Below are positions 28,298-38,363 of a DNA stretch of 64,000 nucleotides, one piece after another; the first letter of the stretch is position 1; each line of letters opens with the position of its first letter. Origin of the DNA: an uncultured bacterium (GTDB taxonomy: Bacteria; Omnitrophota; Omnitrophia; Omnitrophales; Aquincolibacteriaceae); NCBI GenBank assembly GCA_964482725.1, contig CAYZYT010000004.1, forward strand, positions 23,824 to 87,823, written 5' to 3'. The position numbers and the translations under genes are program-made. The notes beneath the pieces were generated by a model. The model saw nothing but the letters and a program-made list of their open reading frames with translations. It was not told the origin of the DNA and ran no database searches.

Positions 28298-31062
28298 GTC
28301 TCTCCCACGGTCATATCCGCTTTAAGCGGCACGTTGAGCTGATAAGCCCCTTCCATCTCTTCTTTCACAATCTTTGTCAGGACATCGATCTCGCCCGAAG
28401 GCGCGTCGAACACCAGCTCATCATGCACCTGCATGATCATAAGACTTTCGCTCTGCTCTTTCTCAAGCCGCCGCTGGATCGCGATCATCGCGATCTTGAT
28501 CAGGTCGGCCGCCGAACCCTGGATCGGCGCGTTGATCGCCGACCGCTCGGCGTACTGACGCAATTGCATGTTGGAGGCATTAATATTCGGAAAATAAGAA
28601 CGCCGCCCGAGAAGCGTGGTTAGAAATCCGTCTTTTTTGGCTTTTTCCTTTTGCGCGTCCAAGTATTCTTTCACCTTGGAGTAGCGCGCGAAATAATTTT
28701 TAATGAATTGATCCGCTTCCGGGATCGACATGTTCAGGTCCTGCGAGAGCCCGTAGCTTGTCTTGCCGTACACGATGCTGAAATTGATGGTCTTCGCGGC
28801 ATTCCGCATCTCACGGGTCACATCCTTTTCCTTCACGCCATAAAGAAGCGTGGCCGTGAACGTATGAATGTCCCGGTCTTCGGCAAACGCTTTTGTCAGG
28901 TTCGGATCTCCCGAAAAATGCGCGAGCACTCTCAGCTCGATCTGGGAGTAATCCGCGGAAAGGATCTTGCCCTGGCCTTTATTTTCTTTTCCTTTTCCCC
29001 GGGGCCGGGCTACAAAGGCCTTCCGGACCAGCCGTCCCATCTCGGTCTTGATCGGAATATTCTGAAGATTCGGCTCAGAGCTCGAGAGACGGCCTGTGTC
29101 GGTCGTCGTCTGATTGAACGACGTGTGCACGCAATGCGTCTCGGGGTTCACCATCTCCGGAAGTGCGTCCAGATAAGTCGACCTCAGCTTCGCGCGCTCC
29201 CGGTATTCCAGGATCTTCCGCGGCAGCTCATGCGAAACCGCGAGTTTTTCAAGCACGCTCGCGTCAGTGGAGTACCCAGTTTTGATCTTTTTCAGGGCCG
29301 GCAGCTTCTTTTGAACGAAGAGCACATCCGCAAGCTGTTTCGGCGAATCCAAATTAAATTCCGTCCCGGCATCCGCATGAATATCCTTCACAAGGGCATC
29401 GATCTCGTTGCCGGCTTTCACCGATAGTTCTTTCAGAAAATCCAGGTCAAGCGCCACGCCGTTCATTTCGATCCGCGCCAAAACTCCAGCTAAAGGCAGC
29501 TCCACTTTTTGATAAAGTTCCGTGAGCGCTAGCTCCTCAAGCCGTGCTTGAAGCATCGGCACCAGCCGCATGACGCAGTCCGCATCCTCGCAGGCATAAG
29601 CCGTGATCTGCTCCAGCGGGACGGCATCCATGGTGATGCTTTTTTTCCCAGTCCCAATGAGGCTCTCAGTCGCGATCTTTTTCACGTTCAAATATTCTAG
29701 CGAGAGATCGTCGAGATTATGGTTCCGTTTGACCGGATCGATCAAATAGCTCGCGATCATGGTATCGAACGCAACGCCGGCAAGACGGACGCCGTTTCGC
29801 GCCATCACGATCTCGTCGTATTTGATGTTCTGCCCGTATTTGAGGACTTCACCGTCCTCGAGCACCGGCGCCAGAATACCCAAAACCTCCGCGAGCGGCA
29901 ATCCGGGGCCCTGCTGCGCCGAAGAGGATACGGGAATGTAATAAGCTGTGAAGGGTTCCCAGCAAAAACTCATGCCGACCAAGGCCGCCTTCATAGGATC
30001 GGGAGAGGTCGTCTCGGTGTCAAAGCTGAAGGCTTTTGCTTTTTGAAGCTTCCCTGCAAAGGCCTTGATCTCTTGCGTTGTCTGTATTGCTTTATAATTC
30101 CGCTCTTGGGCTTCCTTTTCTCCCTGCGCCCCTTGTCCGGCAATGCTTTTCAGAAGCCCCCGGAATTCATACCTTTTAAAGAATTCCATGAGAGCCGCGG
30201 TGTCGGGCTCGACTCTGCGTAAGGCCATCCAATCGATCTCCAGCGGCACATCCGTATCGATCGTCGCAAGCATTTGAGATAATTTCAGGTCTTCGATGTT
30301 CTCTTGTATCTTCTGTCTTTGTTTTTCCGAAGAAACTTCTCCCACCCGTTCAAGAAGAGCGCCCACGGAACCGAACTCCTGGATGAGCTTCATCGCGGTC
30401 TTTTCGCCGATCCCCGGCACCCCCGGGATATTATCCGAGGCATCTCCCATGAGCGCGAGAATATCCACGACCTTGTCCGGCCCAAGACCGCTAAAGCGTT
30501 CCCGGACCTTTTCGATGTCATAAACCAGATTCTCTTTGTGCGGCTGAAGGATCTTGATCCGGTCATTGACCAGTTGAAAAGCGTCTTTATCCCCCGTAAT
30601 GATAAAAACCTGATACCCTTCCTTTGCCCCCTGCTTTGCCAGGGTTCCGATCACATCATCCGCTTCGTAACCCGCCTTTTCAAAGATCGCCATTCCTAAG
30701 ATCCTGCAGAACTCCTTGATGGGCTCGATCTGTTTCACAAGCTCCTCGGGCATGGGCTTACGGTGTGCCTTGTATTCCTTGTACTGTTCATGCCGGAACG
30801 TCGGCTCCTTCCGGTCAAAGCACATCGCGACATGGCCTGGCTTCTGCTCCTCCATAAGCTTTCGGAGCATGGTGACGAACCCATAAATAGCGTTGGTCGG
30901 CTCTCCCCGGGAGTTCGTCAGATTTGGGATCGCATAAAAAGCCCGGTAGCAGAGCGAGTGGCCGTCCACGAGGAACAGTTTCTCCCCCGCCTGTGAAACA
31001 AGGCGAGGCTCGCCCCGCTTCTCGGGGCGGCCTTGAGAGGCCTCAGGGGCCTGTTTTGTCAT
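28282..31062 (-). CDS. polA: DNA polymerase I
   Basis: 5'-3' exo (LVDGHSLCYRAFY, GYEADD, GDASDNIPG), 3'-5' exo (FDTETT), pol motifs TGRLSS, ADYSQIELR, QVHDEL. Start uncertain (31062 or 31074). Confidence 0.97.
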   Translation of the reverse strand: MTKQAPEASQGRPEKRGEPRLVSQAGEKLFLVDGHSLCYRAFYAIPNLTNSRGEPTNAIYGFVTMLRKLMEEQKPGHVAMCFDRKEPTFRHEQYKEYKAHRKPMPEELVKQIEPIKEFCRILGMAIFEKAGYEADDVIGTLAKQGAKEGYQVFIITGDKDAFQLVNDRIKILQPHKENLVYDIEKVRERFSGLGPDKVVDILALMGDASDNIPGVPGIGEKTAMKLIQEFGSVGALLERVGEVSSEKQRQKIQENIEDLKLSQMLATIDTDVPLEIDWMALRRVEPDTAALMEFFKRYEFRGLLKSIAGQGAQGEKEAQERNYKAIQTTQEIKAFAGKLQKAKAFSFDTETTSPDPMKAALVGMSFCWEPFTAYYIPVSSSAQQGPGLPLAEVLGILAPVLEDGEVLKYGQNIKYDEIVMARNGVRLAGVAFDTMIASYLIDPVKRNHNLDDLSLEYLNVKKIATESLIGTGKKSITMDAVPLEQITAYACEDADCVMRLVPMLQARLEELALTELYQKVELPLAGVLARIEMNGVALDLDFLKELSVKAGNEIDALVKDIHADAGTEFNLDSPKQLADVLFVQKKLPALKKIKTGYSTDASVLEKLAVSHELPRKILEYRERAKLRSTYLDALPEMVNPETHCVHTSFNQTTTDTGRLSSSEPNLQNIPIKTEMGRLVRKAFVARPRGKGKENKGQGKILSADYSQIELRVLAHFSGDPNLTKAFAEDRDIHTFTATLLYGVKEKDVTREMRNAAKTINFSIVYGKTSYGLSQDLNMSIPEADQFIKNYFARYSKVKEYLDAQKEKAKKDGFLTTLLGRRSYFPNINASNMQLRQYAERSAINAPIQGSAADLIKIAMIAIQRRLEKEQSESLMIMQVHDELVFDAPSGEIDVLTKIVKEEMEGAYQLNVPLKADMTVGETWYKN

Positions 31063-31440
31063 CTTGAGGTTCAATTGGGACTGGATTTTCTGGTCCTGGG
31101 TTCGATTTTCTTGAAAAATATGCGGAAAGAGCTGAAAGTGGCGACTACGCTGCGTTGCTATTCATTATTATGGGTTCGCAGTATGGCTCCGTTAACCCCT
31201 AAATTTAGATGGAGAACGGCGCTAAAACGCTGGGATTAAATTCGAATTGGGTCTCTTTTGCGTGGAATTTATGTTTGATCCCGACTTTTTTATCCTGGGA
31301 CCGCTCTCCCTGCTCGCCCTGATTATCATTAAAAGCTTTATGGGAAATCAGGACTGCACCGTTAACCAATAAAAATGAATGAAAAACGGCGCGAAAGCGG
31401 GCATAGGATACCCAAGCCCCTCCCTGGGGTCAAGTTTTAT

Positions 31441-32532
31441 TTATCGCGTCCTGTCTCTCCCCTTACTTGTGGGCTGGACCTTGGAAAGCTGGAGACCCAG
31501 TTCCTTGGCATCGACCGCAACCTCAAGCGCCGCTTCATAACCAATAATGCCTTGGGTGTAGAGTTGTTTCAGATAATCATCCAACATGATCATGCCGTAG
31601 CGCGACCCGGTCTGCAGCTCGGAAAGGATCTGGTAGGTCTTGCCTTCGCGAATGAGGTTGCGGATGGCGGGCGTCGCGAACATGATCTCGAAGGCAGCCA
31701 CACGCCCCCTCCCGTCCAGACGCGGCACAAGCACTTGGGAGATCACCGCGACGATCGTCGCGGAAAGCTGAACGCGAACCAACGGCTGCTGGTCGGAAGG
31801 AAAAACATCGATGATGCGGTCGACGGTCCGCGCAGCACCCGTGGTGTGGAGGGTGGAGAATACTAAATGACCTGTTTCGGCTGCACGAATGGCCGCTTCC
31901 ATGGTCGCCAGGTCGCGCATTTCTCCGATCAGGATCACGTCCGGGTCCTGACGCAGAGATTTCACGATCGCTTCGGAAAAACTCGGGACATCTTCCCCGA
32001 CCTCGCGTTGGGTGACCACGCACTTTTTATGATGATGCACGAACTCGATCGGATCCTCCGCGGTAATGATGTGCTTCGGAAAGTTCTCGTTGATGTAATT
32101 GAGCATGGTCGCGAGCGTGGTCGTTTTTCCGCTTCCGGTAGGCCCCGTCACAAGCACCAGTCCGCGCGGAAGGTTCAAGGTTTCGATCATTTGCGCCGGC
32201 AGTCCGATATCCTGAAAACTGTAAAACTTTGAGGGGAGAAGGCGCAACACAAGCGAAAAACGGCCCTGCTGTTTGAAGCAGGAGACACGAAAACGAGCTT
32301 TGTCTTTAAACGAAAATCCAAAATCAATGCCTCCGACCTCTTCGATCTTTTTGCGCTGGACCTCGGTCGTGATCTCTTTGGCAAAGGCCTCGGTATCTTG
32401 TGCGGTCAACGGCTTCTCCCCCACCGAGACCAGGGCCCCGACCATGCGATAGGTCACCGGCCGCCCCACGGTCAGATGAATGTCGGAGGCTTCTTTTTCA
32501 ACTGCGCCTAACAGAATTTCTTCGATCGCCAT
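31441..32532 (-). CDS. pilT: Type IV pilus retraction ATPase PilT
   Basis: ASDIHL, GPTGSGKTTT, EDPIEF, DPDVILIGEMRD, TLHT, AIRNLIRE. Confidence 0.95.
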   Translation of the reverse strand: MAIEEILLGAVEKEASDIHLTVGRPVTYRMVGALVSVGEKPLTAQDTEAFAKEITTEVQRKKIEEVGGIDFGFSFKDKARFRVSCFKQQGRFSLVLRLLPSKFYSFQDIGLPAQMIETLNLPRGLVLVTGPTGSGKTTTLATMLNYINENFPKHIITAEDPIEFVHHHKKCVVTQREVGEDVPSFSEAIVKSLRQDPDVILIGEMRDLATMEAAIRAAETGHLVFSTLHTTGAARTVDRIIDVFPSDQQPLVRVQLSATIVAVISQVLVPRLDGRGRVAAFEIMFATPAIRNLIREGKTYQILSELQTGSRYGMIMLDDYLKQLYTQGIIGYEAALEVAVDAKELGLQLSKVQPTSKGRDRTR

Positions 32533-32607
32533 GGGAGACTCCTTTTAAAATGATCTCACTACGGAAAAATTCGCTTCTTGCTATTGTCGACTTTCCGAAC
32601 AAAAACC

Positions 32608-33114
32608 TTAGAAAACCAGACTCCCGAGACTCCACAAGACCAGGGAGATAAAGCCGGCCAAAAGACACAGGTTGGGCCACCCTCTCATAGAGACCGGCAT
32701 GTGTGAAAAAAGGAGTTTGTATCTTAGACCTAGAAAACAACTCTGGAAAAGAGCGATCCCTGCGGACACGACCCCCGCCCCAAAGATCCCCTGCACGAGA
32801 CCGTGCCGTTCCGAGGAGATCATAAAAACGCTTGCCATGACCGCAAGAAAAAAAACATCCGTTTTTTTCTGGTAGCGCGAAAGCAGGTAGGCGGCCAGTC
32901 CGGGACCGAGGATCGCATATTCCTGGGCAATCAGTGGGCTCTTTCCAAAAGCTGTGGCAACCGCCCCAAGAGCAAGGATCAGGCTCACCGTAAGAAAAAG
33001 ATCCGTCGCTTCGCGCCCAATGCGCTTGAGCCCTTCGACAGGTTTTTGCAAAGGGGCGGGTCTCGCGCCGCGCATCGCCAACAAAAAGCCGAAGGAGATG
33101 ATCAAAAAATACAC
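32608..33114 (-). CDS. Divergent RnfA/NqrE-like membrane protein
   Basis: Hydrophobic; C-terminal LRYKLLFSHMPVSMRGWPNLCLLAGFISL resembles the RnfA C-terminal motif; position after the rnfC-D-E-like genes; conserved Cys motifs not visible. Confidence 0.6.
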   Translation of the reverse strand: MYFLIISFGFLLAMRGARPAPLQKPVEGLKRIGREATDLFLTVSLILALGAVATAFGKSPLIAQEYAILGPGLAAYLLSRYQKKTDVFFLAVMASVFMISSERHGLVQGIFGAGVVSAGIALFQSCFLGLRYKLLFSHMPVSMRGWPNLCLLAGFISLVLWSLGSLVF

Positions 33115-33115
33115 G

Positions 33116-33643
33116 TTAACCTCTCCTTCGATAGGGTTGATTTTTCCATAAGAAAGCCACGGCCGCGATCACAAGAAACATACCGGCCGGCTGCTCGAAT
33201 AGGTGCATTCCCAAACGCTTTTCCCCGACCTCCCGAACGAGCGCCAAGAGCATCACGAAGCCTGCGAAACCGGTCCCGGCGAGCACCCGCTCAAAAAAAT
33301 ACCTCGGGACTTCCCTGGAGAATACTCGCACATGGCCGGGTTTCGCCGTCTCTTCGAGAAAAGAGACGGGGGCCAGGAAAAAAATGCTTGCGATCCAATA
33401 GGGAGGAAGTTTTGTAAGCGTCCACGCGGCCTGGGCCCAGACGATAAGCCAAAGAAAGAAGGCGCACTTCAGAGAGCGGTCGGGAAAAAAGCGGCGGAAG
33501 AACCAGAAAAAAGCGACCGTGATCCAGAGAAACAAGACAATCCACAGCGCCGCAACTCCGGCCTTGAAAAACCCATACGGGTAGACCATAAAAGGCAGGT
33601 AAGCCAGGAACATTCTCGAGAAAAGGCTTTCGGGTAGCTTCAT
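33116..33643 (-). CDS. Divergent RnfE/NqrD-like membrane protein
   Basis: Hydrophobic; GTGFAGFVMLLALVRE...FEQPAGMFLV resembles the RnfE C-terminal half; LGLCP motif not recognisable (FLAYLP). Confidence 0.6.
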   Translation of the reverse strand: MKLPESLFSRMFLAYLPFMVYPYGFFKAGVAALWIVLFLWITVAFFWFFRRFFPDRSLKCAFFLWLIVWAQAAWTLTKLPPYWIASIFFLAPVSFLEETAKPGHVRVFSREVPRYFFERVLAGTGFAGFVMLLALVREVGEKRLGMHLFEQPAGMFLVIAAVAFLWKNQPYRRRG

Positions 33644-33665
33644 CGTCTCCCAAACCTCATGATCT

Positions 33666-33773
33666 TCACCGCCTCAGCATTTGTGCCGCGCAAAGGATCG
33701 CAACAAGCAGGCACAGGAAAAGCGCAAGAAATAGATGTTTTGATAGGGTGCTCACTATCTTTTTGATGTTCAT
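33666..33773 (-). CDS. 35-aa single-TM peptide at the position of rnfG
   Basis: MNIKKIVSTLSKHLFLALFLCLLVAILCAAQMLRR*; below the track length cutoff. Confidence 0.4.
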   Translation of the reverse strand: MNIKKIVSTLSKHLFLALFLCLLVAILCAAQMLRR

Positions 33774-33852
33774 AACGTCCCGGTCTTTATTTTCTTTTCA
33801 CAAAGGGCGGCTGGGGCTATCCTGATGCCCCGTTGATTTTTATTGGAGAAAA

Positions 33853-34710
33853 TCATGACGGATAAGTCGCCTTGAGCGTTTGCTTCGCTTTATAAGGAAC
33901 GGGTTTGAGCCAAAGATCCAGCCAGGGCGTTAAAAGGTTCATTAAAAGGATCGCGTAGGCCGCCGAACGGATCGAAAATCCTTCGAGGTTTAGCCGCGCA
34001 CTTAAAATCGCGGCTCCCAGAACGAAAAAAATTGTTCCCTTGCGCGTTAAAGGCAGGGCTACAGGATCCGCTAAAATAAAAAAAGCCGTCAGGAGGACGC
34101 CGCTAAAAAAGGCGAACGGCATCTCTCGCCCTCCGAACAGAGCCTCGCAAATAAAGCAGCCCGACATGTAAAGAACGGGTGTTTCCCAATAGCTTTGTTT
34201 TTGTTTAAGTAAAAGAACGCCGCCGATCCCAAGCGCCCCAAGCGTCCAAACACTTCCCTCCCCGGCCAAAAGCATCGGCTCGGACATGACGGTGGGAAAA
34301 CAGAGCTGTAAAAATACGCGCGCCAGCAGAACCGGATGTAAAAGATAGGCGCCTTTACCCCCGAAAAGCTCCTTAGCGACAAAAACCGCCATAAAAACAC
34401 CGAGGATCAAGATCTCGGAGGAACATCCCGAAGGCATGAGGAGTGAGAAAAGCGCCGCGGCAAGCACGGCTTCCCCGCTCCGCAAACCTTCTTTTTTCTG
34501 GAAAAGTTTCGCGGCCAGAAATTCGAACGCGATCGCGCTCACCAGACAGATCAAAAGAACGCGCAGAATTTCCGCGTGTCCTGTAAAACAGGCGCTCACA
34601 AAAAGAGGTATCATGGCGATCCCCTGTCCCCAGGACCGTCGCGCTAAAGAGTCCGCCGCGCGTATATGCGGTGGCAGGCCCGTTTTGTAAGACAAGATCA
34701 CTTCAGCCAT
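33853..34710 (-). CDS. rnfD: RnfD-like membrane subunit lacking the FMN-attachment loop
   Basis: PPHIR, AKELFGG, ILADPV, YAILLMNLLTPWLD; only 285 aa; no S/T-G-A-T flavinylation motif. Confidence 0.8.
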   Translation of the reverse strand: MAEVILSYKTGLPPHIRAADSLARRSWGQGIAMIPLFVSACFTGHAEILRVLLICLVSAIAFEFLAAKLFQKKEGLRSGEAVLAAALFSLLMPSGCSSEILILGVFMAVFVAKELFGGKGAYLLHPVLLARVFLQLCFPTVMSEPMLLAGEGSVWTLGALGIGGVLLLKQKQSYWETPVLYMSGCFICEALFGGREMPFAFFSGVLLTAFFILADPVALPLTRKGTIFFVLGAAILSARLNLEGFSIRSAAYAILLMNLLTPWLDLWLKPVPYKAKQTLKATYPS

Positions 34711-36073
34711 GCATCACCCCCGCCTTCGAAAAAACACTGGCTTGGCGGATCAGTGCCAGCATCGGCCTTTTGGCGGGACACACATAGGCGCAGTTGCCGC
34801 ATTCCATGCACTCCGCAGCATCCCATGCTGCCGCCACTGCAAATTCTTTTCGTTCCGCGGCAAGCGCGATCATCACGGGCGAAAGTGAGACGGGGCAATG
34901 ATCCACGCACCGGTTACAACGAATGCAAGGTTCTTCGGATTCTTCCTTCGCGATCTCCTGGGGAAGCGCAAGAATGGCATTCGTCCCGGCCATAACGGAA
35001 ACCTCCGTGCCCCTTTGCGCTGTCCCGGCCATAGGCCCCCCCATCAGGACTTTTTGGGGACCGCGCATGACTCCTTTGCAGGCGTGGATCGCATCGTGAA
35101 AAGAAATTCCGATCGGCAACCAAAGGCTACGGGGTTCGACAACGCATTCTCCGCCCACGGTCACGACTCTTTCATAAAAAGGTTTCTGGTAGGCCACCGC
35201 TTCGTAAACCGCAAAGGCCGTGGAGGCCGGGAAAACCACCGCCGTCTCTTCGCTTCCCGGGAACCAGGCCTGAAGCAGCGTGCTTTCAAGGCCCTGCGGG
35301 TAGAGCGCTGGCACGGTCCGGACTTCTGCGTGATCCCATTTTAGAAAGTAGATCTTGCTCTTAAAAAGCTCGATCATCTCAAGATTACAGCTCTCGAACG
35401 CCAAAATGATCTTTTGGGCGCCGCAAGCTTTTCTGAGCAATTCGGCCCCCTTTACGATTTCCACGGGGTGAGACATGGCCAGCACTTGTTCGCAGGTAAT
35501 GTAAGGCTCCGGCTCGCAACCGTTGATGATGATCGTTCGCGCTCCAGCCTGCCGCCCAAGCTTAGCGTGGACGGGTTCCATCCTGGGATCTGTGGTCACA
35601 AGCCCGGAGTGCTGGAAAATCTTCAGAAGCTCTTCGGCCGGGATCTGCTCCCAGCCTTTGCGCATCTCCGGCGACGGCAGGACTTTGGGCTCTCCGTGCC
35701 TTCGGATCTCGATCGTCCGGATTTCGCCACCCATCGCACTCGGAAAAGACGCGATTTTCTCCACCACGCCGGACATGCTCGCGTGAAGGAACACACCCTC
35801 CGGTCCTTGCGGCGCCTCTCCGCCTTTCATTTTCTTTTTATCCTCGGTCGTGGAAACGGCCCCACTTTCCGCGTCTTTGTATGAGATCGGGATTGGGACT
35901 GCGATTTTTTGTCCGCTCTGAACCATATCTCCGACTCGAACGCAGGGCTCTGAGAACGCGGGAATGGGCACATGGATCTTTTCGGGAGGATAAGGACGCT
36001 TTAAATTCCAGTTCAGCAGGCTTGCGTCTTTTTTTCTTTCGAGCTGGATGCCGATAGCTTTCTTTTTAGGCAA
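34703..36073 (-). CDS. rnfC: RnfC-like subunit with two [4Fe-4S] motifs and a degenerate flavin/NADH site
   Basis: VRVGD...HASMSG, INGCEPEPYIT, YPQG, ERVVTVGG, MGGPM, CIRCNRCVDHCP, CMECGNCAYVCP. Confidence 0.85.
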   Translation of the reverse strand: MPKKKAIGIQLERKKDASLLNWNLKRPYPPEKIHVPIPAFSEPCVRVGDMVQSGQKIAVPIPISYKDAESGAVSTTEDKKKMKGGEAPQGPEGVFLHASMSGVVEKIASFPSAMGGEIRTIEIRRHGEPKVLPSPEMRKGWEQIPAEELLKIFQHSGLVTTDPRMEPVHAKLGRQAGARTIIINGCEPEPYITCEQVLAMSHPVEIVKGAELLRKACGAQKIILAFESCNLEMIELFKSKIYFLKWDHAEVRTVPALYPQGLESTLLQAWFPGSEETAVVFPASTAFAVYEAVAYQKPFYERVVTVGGECVVEPRSLWLPIGISFHDAIHACKGVMRGPQKVLMGGPMAGTAQRGTEVSVMAGTNAILALPQEIAKEESEEPCIRCNRCVDHCPVSLSPVMIALAAERKEFAVAAAWDAAECMECGNCAYVCPAKRPMLALIRQASVFSKAGVMHG

Positions 36074-36090
36074 AGCTGCTTCCTTTCGGG

Positions 36091-36828
36091 CTATTTGTGA
36101 GGAATGGCCCCGACAAAACTTCCCGTGATCTTGTCGACCCGGATGCGCTCCTGGAAAACGTCTTTAAGATTTCCGAACTGGCAACTGTCCATATTGAGCC
36201 CCTCGATGTCGGGAAGACTTCCCAGGATCGGAACGCCGGAAAGATCGTTGATAACTTTCGGGTTCGTCAACTCCGCCAACGAATAATTCGTTACGGCAAC
36301 GCGGTTGAAGATAATGCCGCGCACTTCCAGCCCCCGGATCGTGGCCGCATCCACGGTAAGCAGCGTATGATTGATCGCGCCGAGCCCTGCGTACGACACG
36401 ATCACAATGGGCAAACCCATATCGCGAATGAGGTTGGCCACATAATAATCTTTCTTGAGAGGGACCATGAGCCCGCCAATCCCTTCGACGATCATAAAAT
36501 CATAATGCTTCTGAAGTTGGTGGTAGCTTTTGAGGATCCGGGGAACATCCACTTCTTTTTTTTCAAGCATGGCGGCCACGCTCGGCGAAAGAGGGTTACG
36601 AAAACGCGCCGGGCTCGTGAGCGGCGGATATTCATTCTGGGAAGCTTCCATTAAAAATACGGCGTCCTGGGAAATAAGTCTTTCTTCGCCGCCATAACAA
36701 CCGGTCGCCACAGGTTTCATCACACCAACCTTCATCCCGCGCTCCCGGAGGACAAGCGCGAGCCCCGCGGAGATCACGGTTTTTCCCACATCCGTATCGG
36801 TCCCTGTGATAAAAATTCCGGCTTTCAT
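36091..36828 (-). CDS. bioD: Dethiobiotin synthetase
   Basis: FITGTDTDVGKT, MKPVATG, VEGIGGLMVP, LGAINHTLLT. Confidence 0.96.
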   Translation of the reverse strand: MKAGIFITGTDTDVGKTVISAGLALVLRERGMKVGVMKPVATGCYGGEERLISQDAVFLMEASQNEYPPLTSPARFRNPLSPSVAAMLEKKEVDVPRILKSYHQLQKHYDFMIVEGIGGLMVPLKKDYYVANLIRDMGLPIVIVSYAGLGAINHTLLTVDAATIRGLEVRGIIFNRVAVTNYSLAELTNPKVINDLSGVPILGSLPDIEGLNMDSCQFGNLKDVFQERIRVDKITGSFVGAIPHK

Positions 36829-36839
36829 CGCAAAAACCA

Positions 36840-36910
36840 GGACAACGGACAACGGACAACGCGCGACGCAAAAACCTTTTTCGTTGACCTTTGACCGTTG
36901 CTCGTTGCTC
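36840..36910. repeat. Intergenic heptamer-repeat hairpin (bioA-bioD)
   Basis: (ggacaac)x3 ... gttgacc tttgacc gttgctc gttgctc. Confidence 0.75.
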
Positions 36911-38295
36911 TATGTTTGTTCATTCGTCGCTTCCTTTATTGATTCATAAGTAATATCGAGCAATTTGTTCAGTTCCCGCTCGCTCATCGCCAGCGGCGGC
37001 ATGAGCACGATCACCGGGCCCAGCGGCCGGAGGATCGCTCCTTTTTTTCGCGCCCGTTCGATCACGCGAACACCGATCTTTTCTTTCGCCTCGAAGCTTT
37101 CCCGGGTCGCCTTGTCTTTGACCAGCTCGATCCCGACCATCGCACCGCATTGACGTGTATCGCCGACTTTTTCCAGTTTCGAAAAATCTTCGAGACGTTT
37201 TTTTATGAGCCGGATCTTTGGCTCTAACTTCGCAAGCGTCTTTTGTTTTTCAAAAAGCCCAAGATTTGCGATCGCGACCGCGCACGCCAGCGGATTGGCG
37301 GTGTAGGTGTGCCCGTGAAAGAATGTTTTGAAATCTTCATAGCGGCCCAGGAACGCCTCATAAACTTCTTCAGTCGCGAGCGTCGCCGCCAGCGGCAGAT
37401 AACCTCCCGTAATGCCTTTAGCCACCGCCATAATATCCGGCGTCACATTTTCGTGCTCCGCGGCAAACATTTTCCCGGTCCGCCCAAACCCTGTCGCAAC
37501 CTCATCAAAAATCAGGAGCGTATTATACTTTCGGGTCAGCTCCCTGGCACGGGAAATGTATCCGTCCGGTTGATCGATCATGCCGGCGGCACCCTGCATG
37601 AGAGGCTCCATCACGAATGCGGCGATCTCGTGGTGGTGCTCTTTCAAGACCTTTTCCATCGCGCCGAGCGCTTCGTTTTTGACTTGCTCCGGGGACAGGA
37701 TGGCTTGCGCGCCCGAGATCTTTCCCTGGTAATCGGCCCACCGGTAGCGGTAAGGCGACGGGATCGCGAACGTATCAAACAGAAGCGGCTTGTAGATCTG
37801 ATGAAAGAGATCGATCCCGCCGACGCTCACGGAGCCGAGCGTGTCGCCGTGGTAAGCATTCACGAGTCGCGCGAATTTTTTCTTTTCAGGATGACCTTTT
37901 TGCGCCCAGTATTGAAACGCCATCTTGAGCGCGATCTCCACAGCCTCGGACCCGGAATCCGAATAAAAAACACGGGTGAGCCCTTGGGGAGCGATCGTGA
38001 TGAGTTTTTCCGCCAATTCGATCGCCGTGGGGTGCGAGAGCCCGAGAAATGTGGTGTGGGAAATTTTTTTCAGCTGCTTTTTGATCGCCCCATCGAGCTC
38101 TTGGACCCGATGACCGTGCACATTGCACCAAAGCGACGACACCCCATCGAGATACCGGCGCCCCTCGGTATCGATCAGCGTGCAACCTTCCCCTTTTTCA
38201 ATGACCGGAAACTCTTCCGTCTGCCATTCCCGCATCTGCGTAAACGGATGCCACATGCATTTTCTATCTCTGGCGATCAGTGGGTTCGTATCCAT
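36910..38295 (-). CDS. bioA: Adenosylmethionine-8-amino-7-oxononanoate transaminase
   Basis: WHPFTQM, SSLWCNVHGH, SGSEAVEIALKM, AYHGDT, DEVATGFGRTG, AKGITGGY, HGHTYTANP. Confidence 0.96.
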   Translation of the reverse strand: MDTNPLIARDRKCMWHPFTQMREWQTEEFPVIEKGEGCTLIDTEGRRYLDGVSSLWCNVHGHRVQELDGAIKKQLKKISHTTFLGLSHPTAIELAEKLITIAPQGLTRVFYSDSGSEAVEIALKMAFQYWAQKGHPEKKKFARLVNAYHGDTLGSVSVGGIDLFHQIYKPLLFDTFAIPSPYRYRWADYQGKISGAQAILSPEQVKNEALGAMEKVLKEHHHEIAAFVMEPLMQGAAGMIDQPDGYISRARELTRKYNTLLIFDEVATGFGRTGKMFAAEHENVTPDIMAVAKGITGGYLPLAATLATEEVYEAFLGRYEDFKTFFHGHTYTANPLACAVAIANLGLFEKQKTLAKLEPKIRLIKKRLEDFSKLEKVGDTRQCGAMVGIELVKDKATRESFEAKEKIGVRVIERARKKGAILRPLGPVIVLMPPLAMSERELNKLLDITYESIKEATNEQT

Positions 38296-38363
38296 ATAAG
38301 TCCCGTGTTGGAATTTGCCTTTCCCTTGGGGTCCGGCACTTTCAAAAAAGAGAGTTGCCTCTC

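Noticed and set aside
31033-31440. Small ORF or ncRNA in the polA-pilT gap
   Set aside because: No recognisable motif, RBS or known RNA structure; probably the polA promoter region
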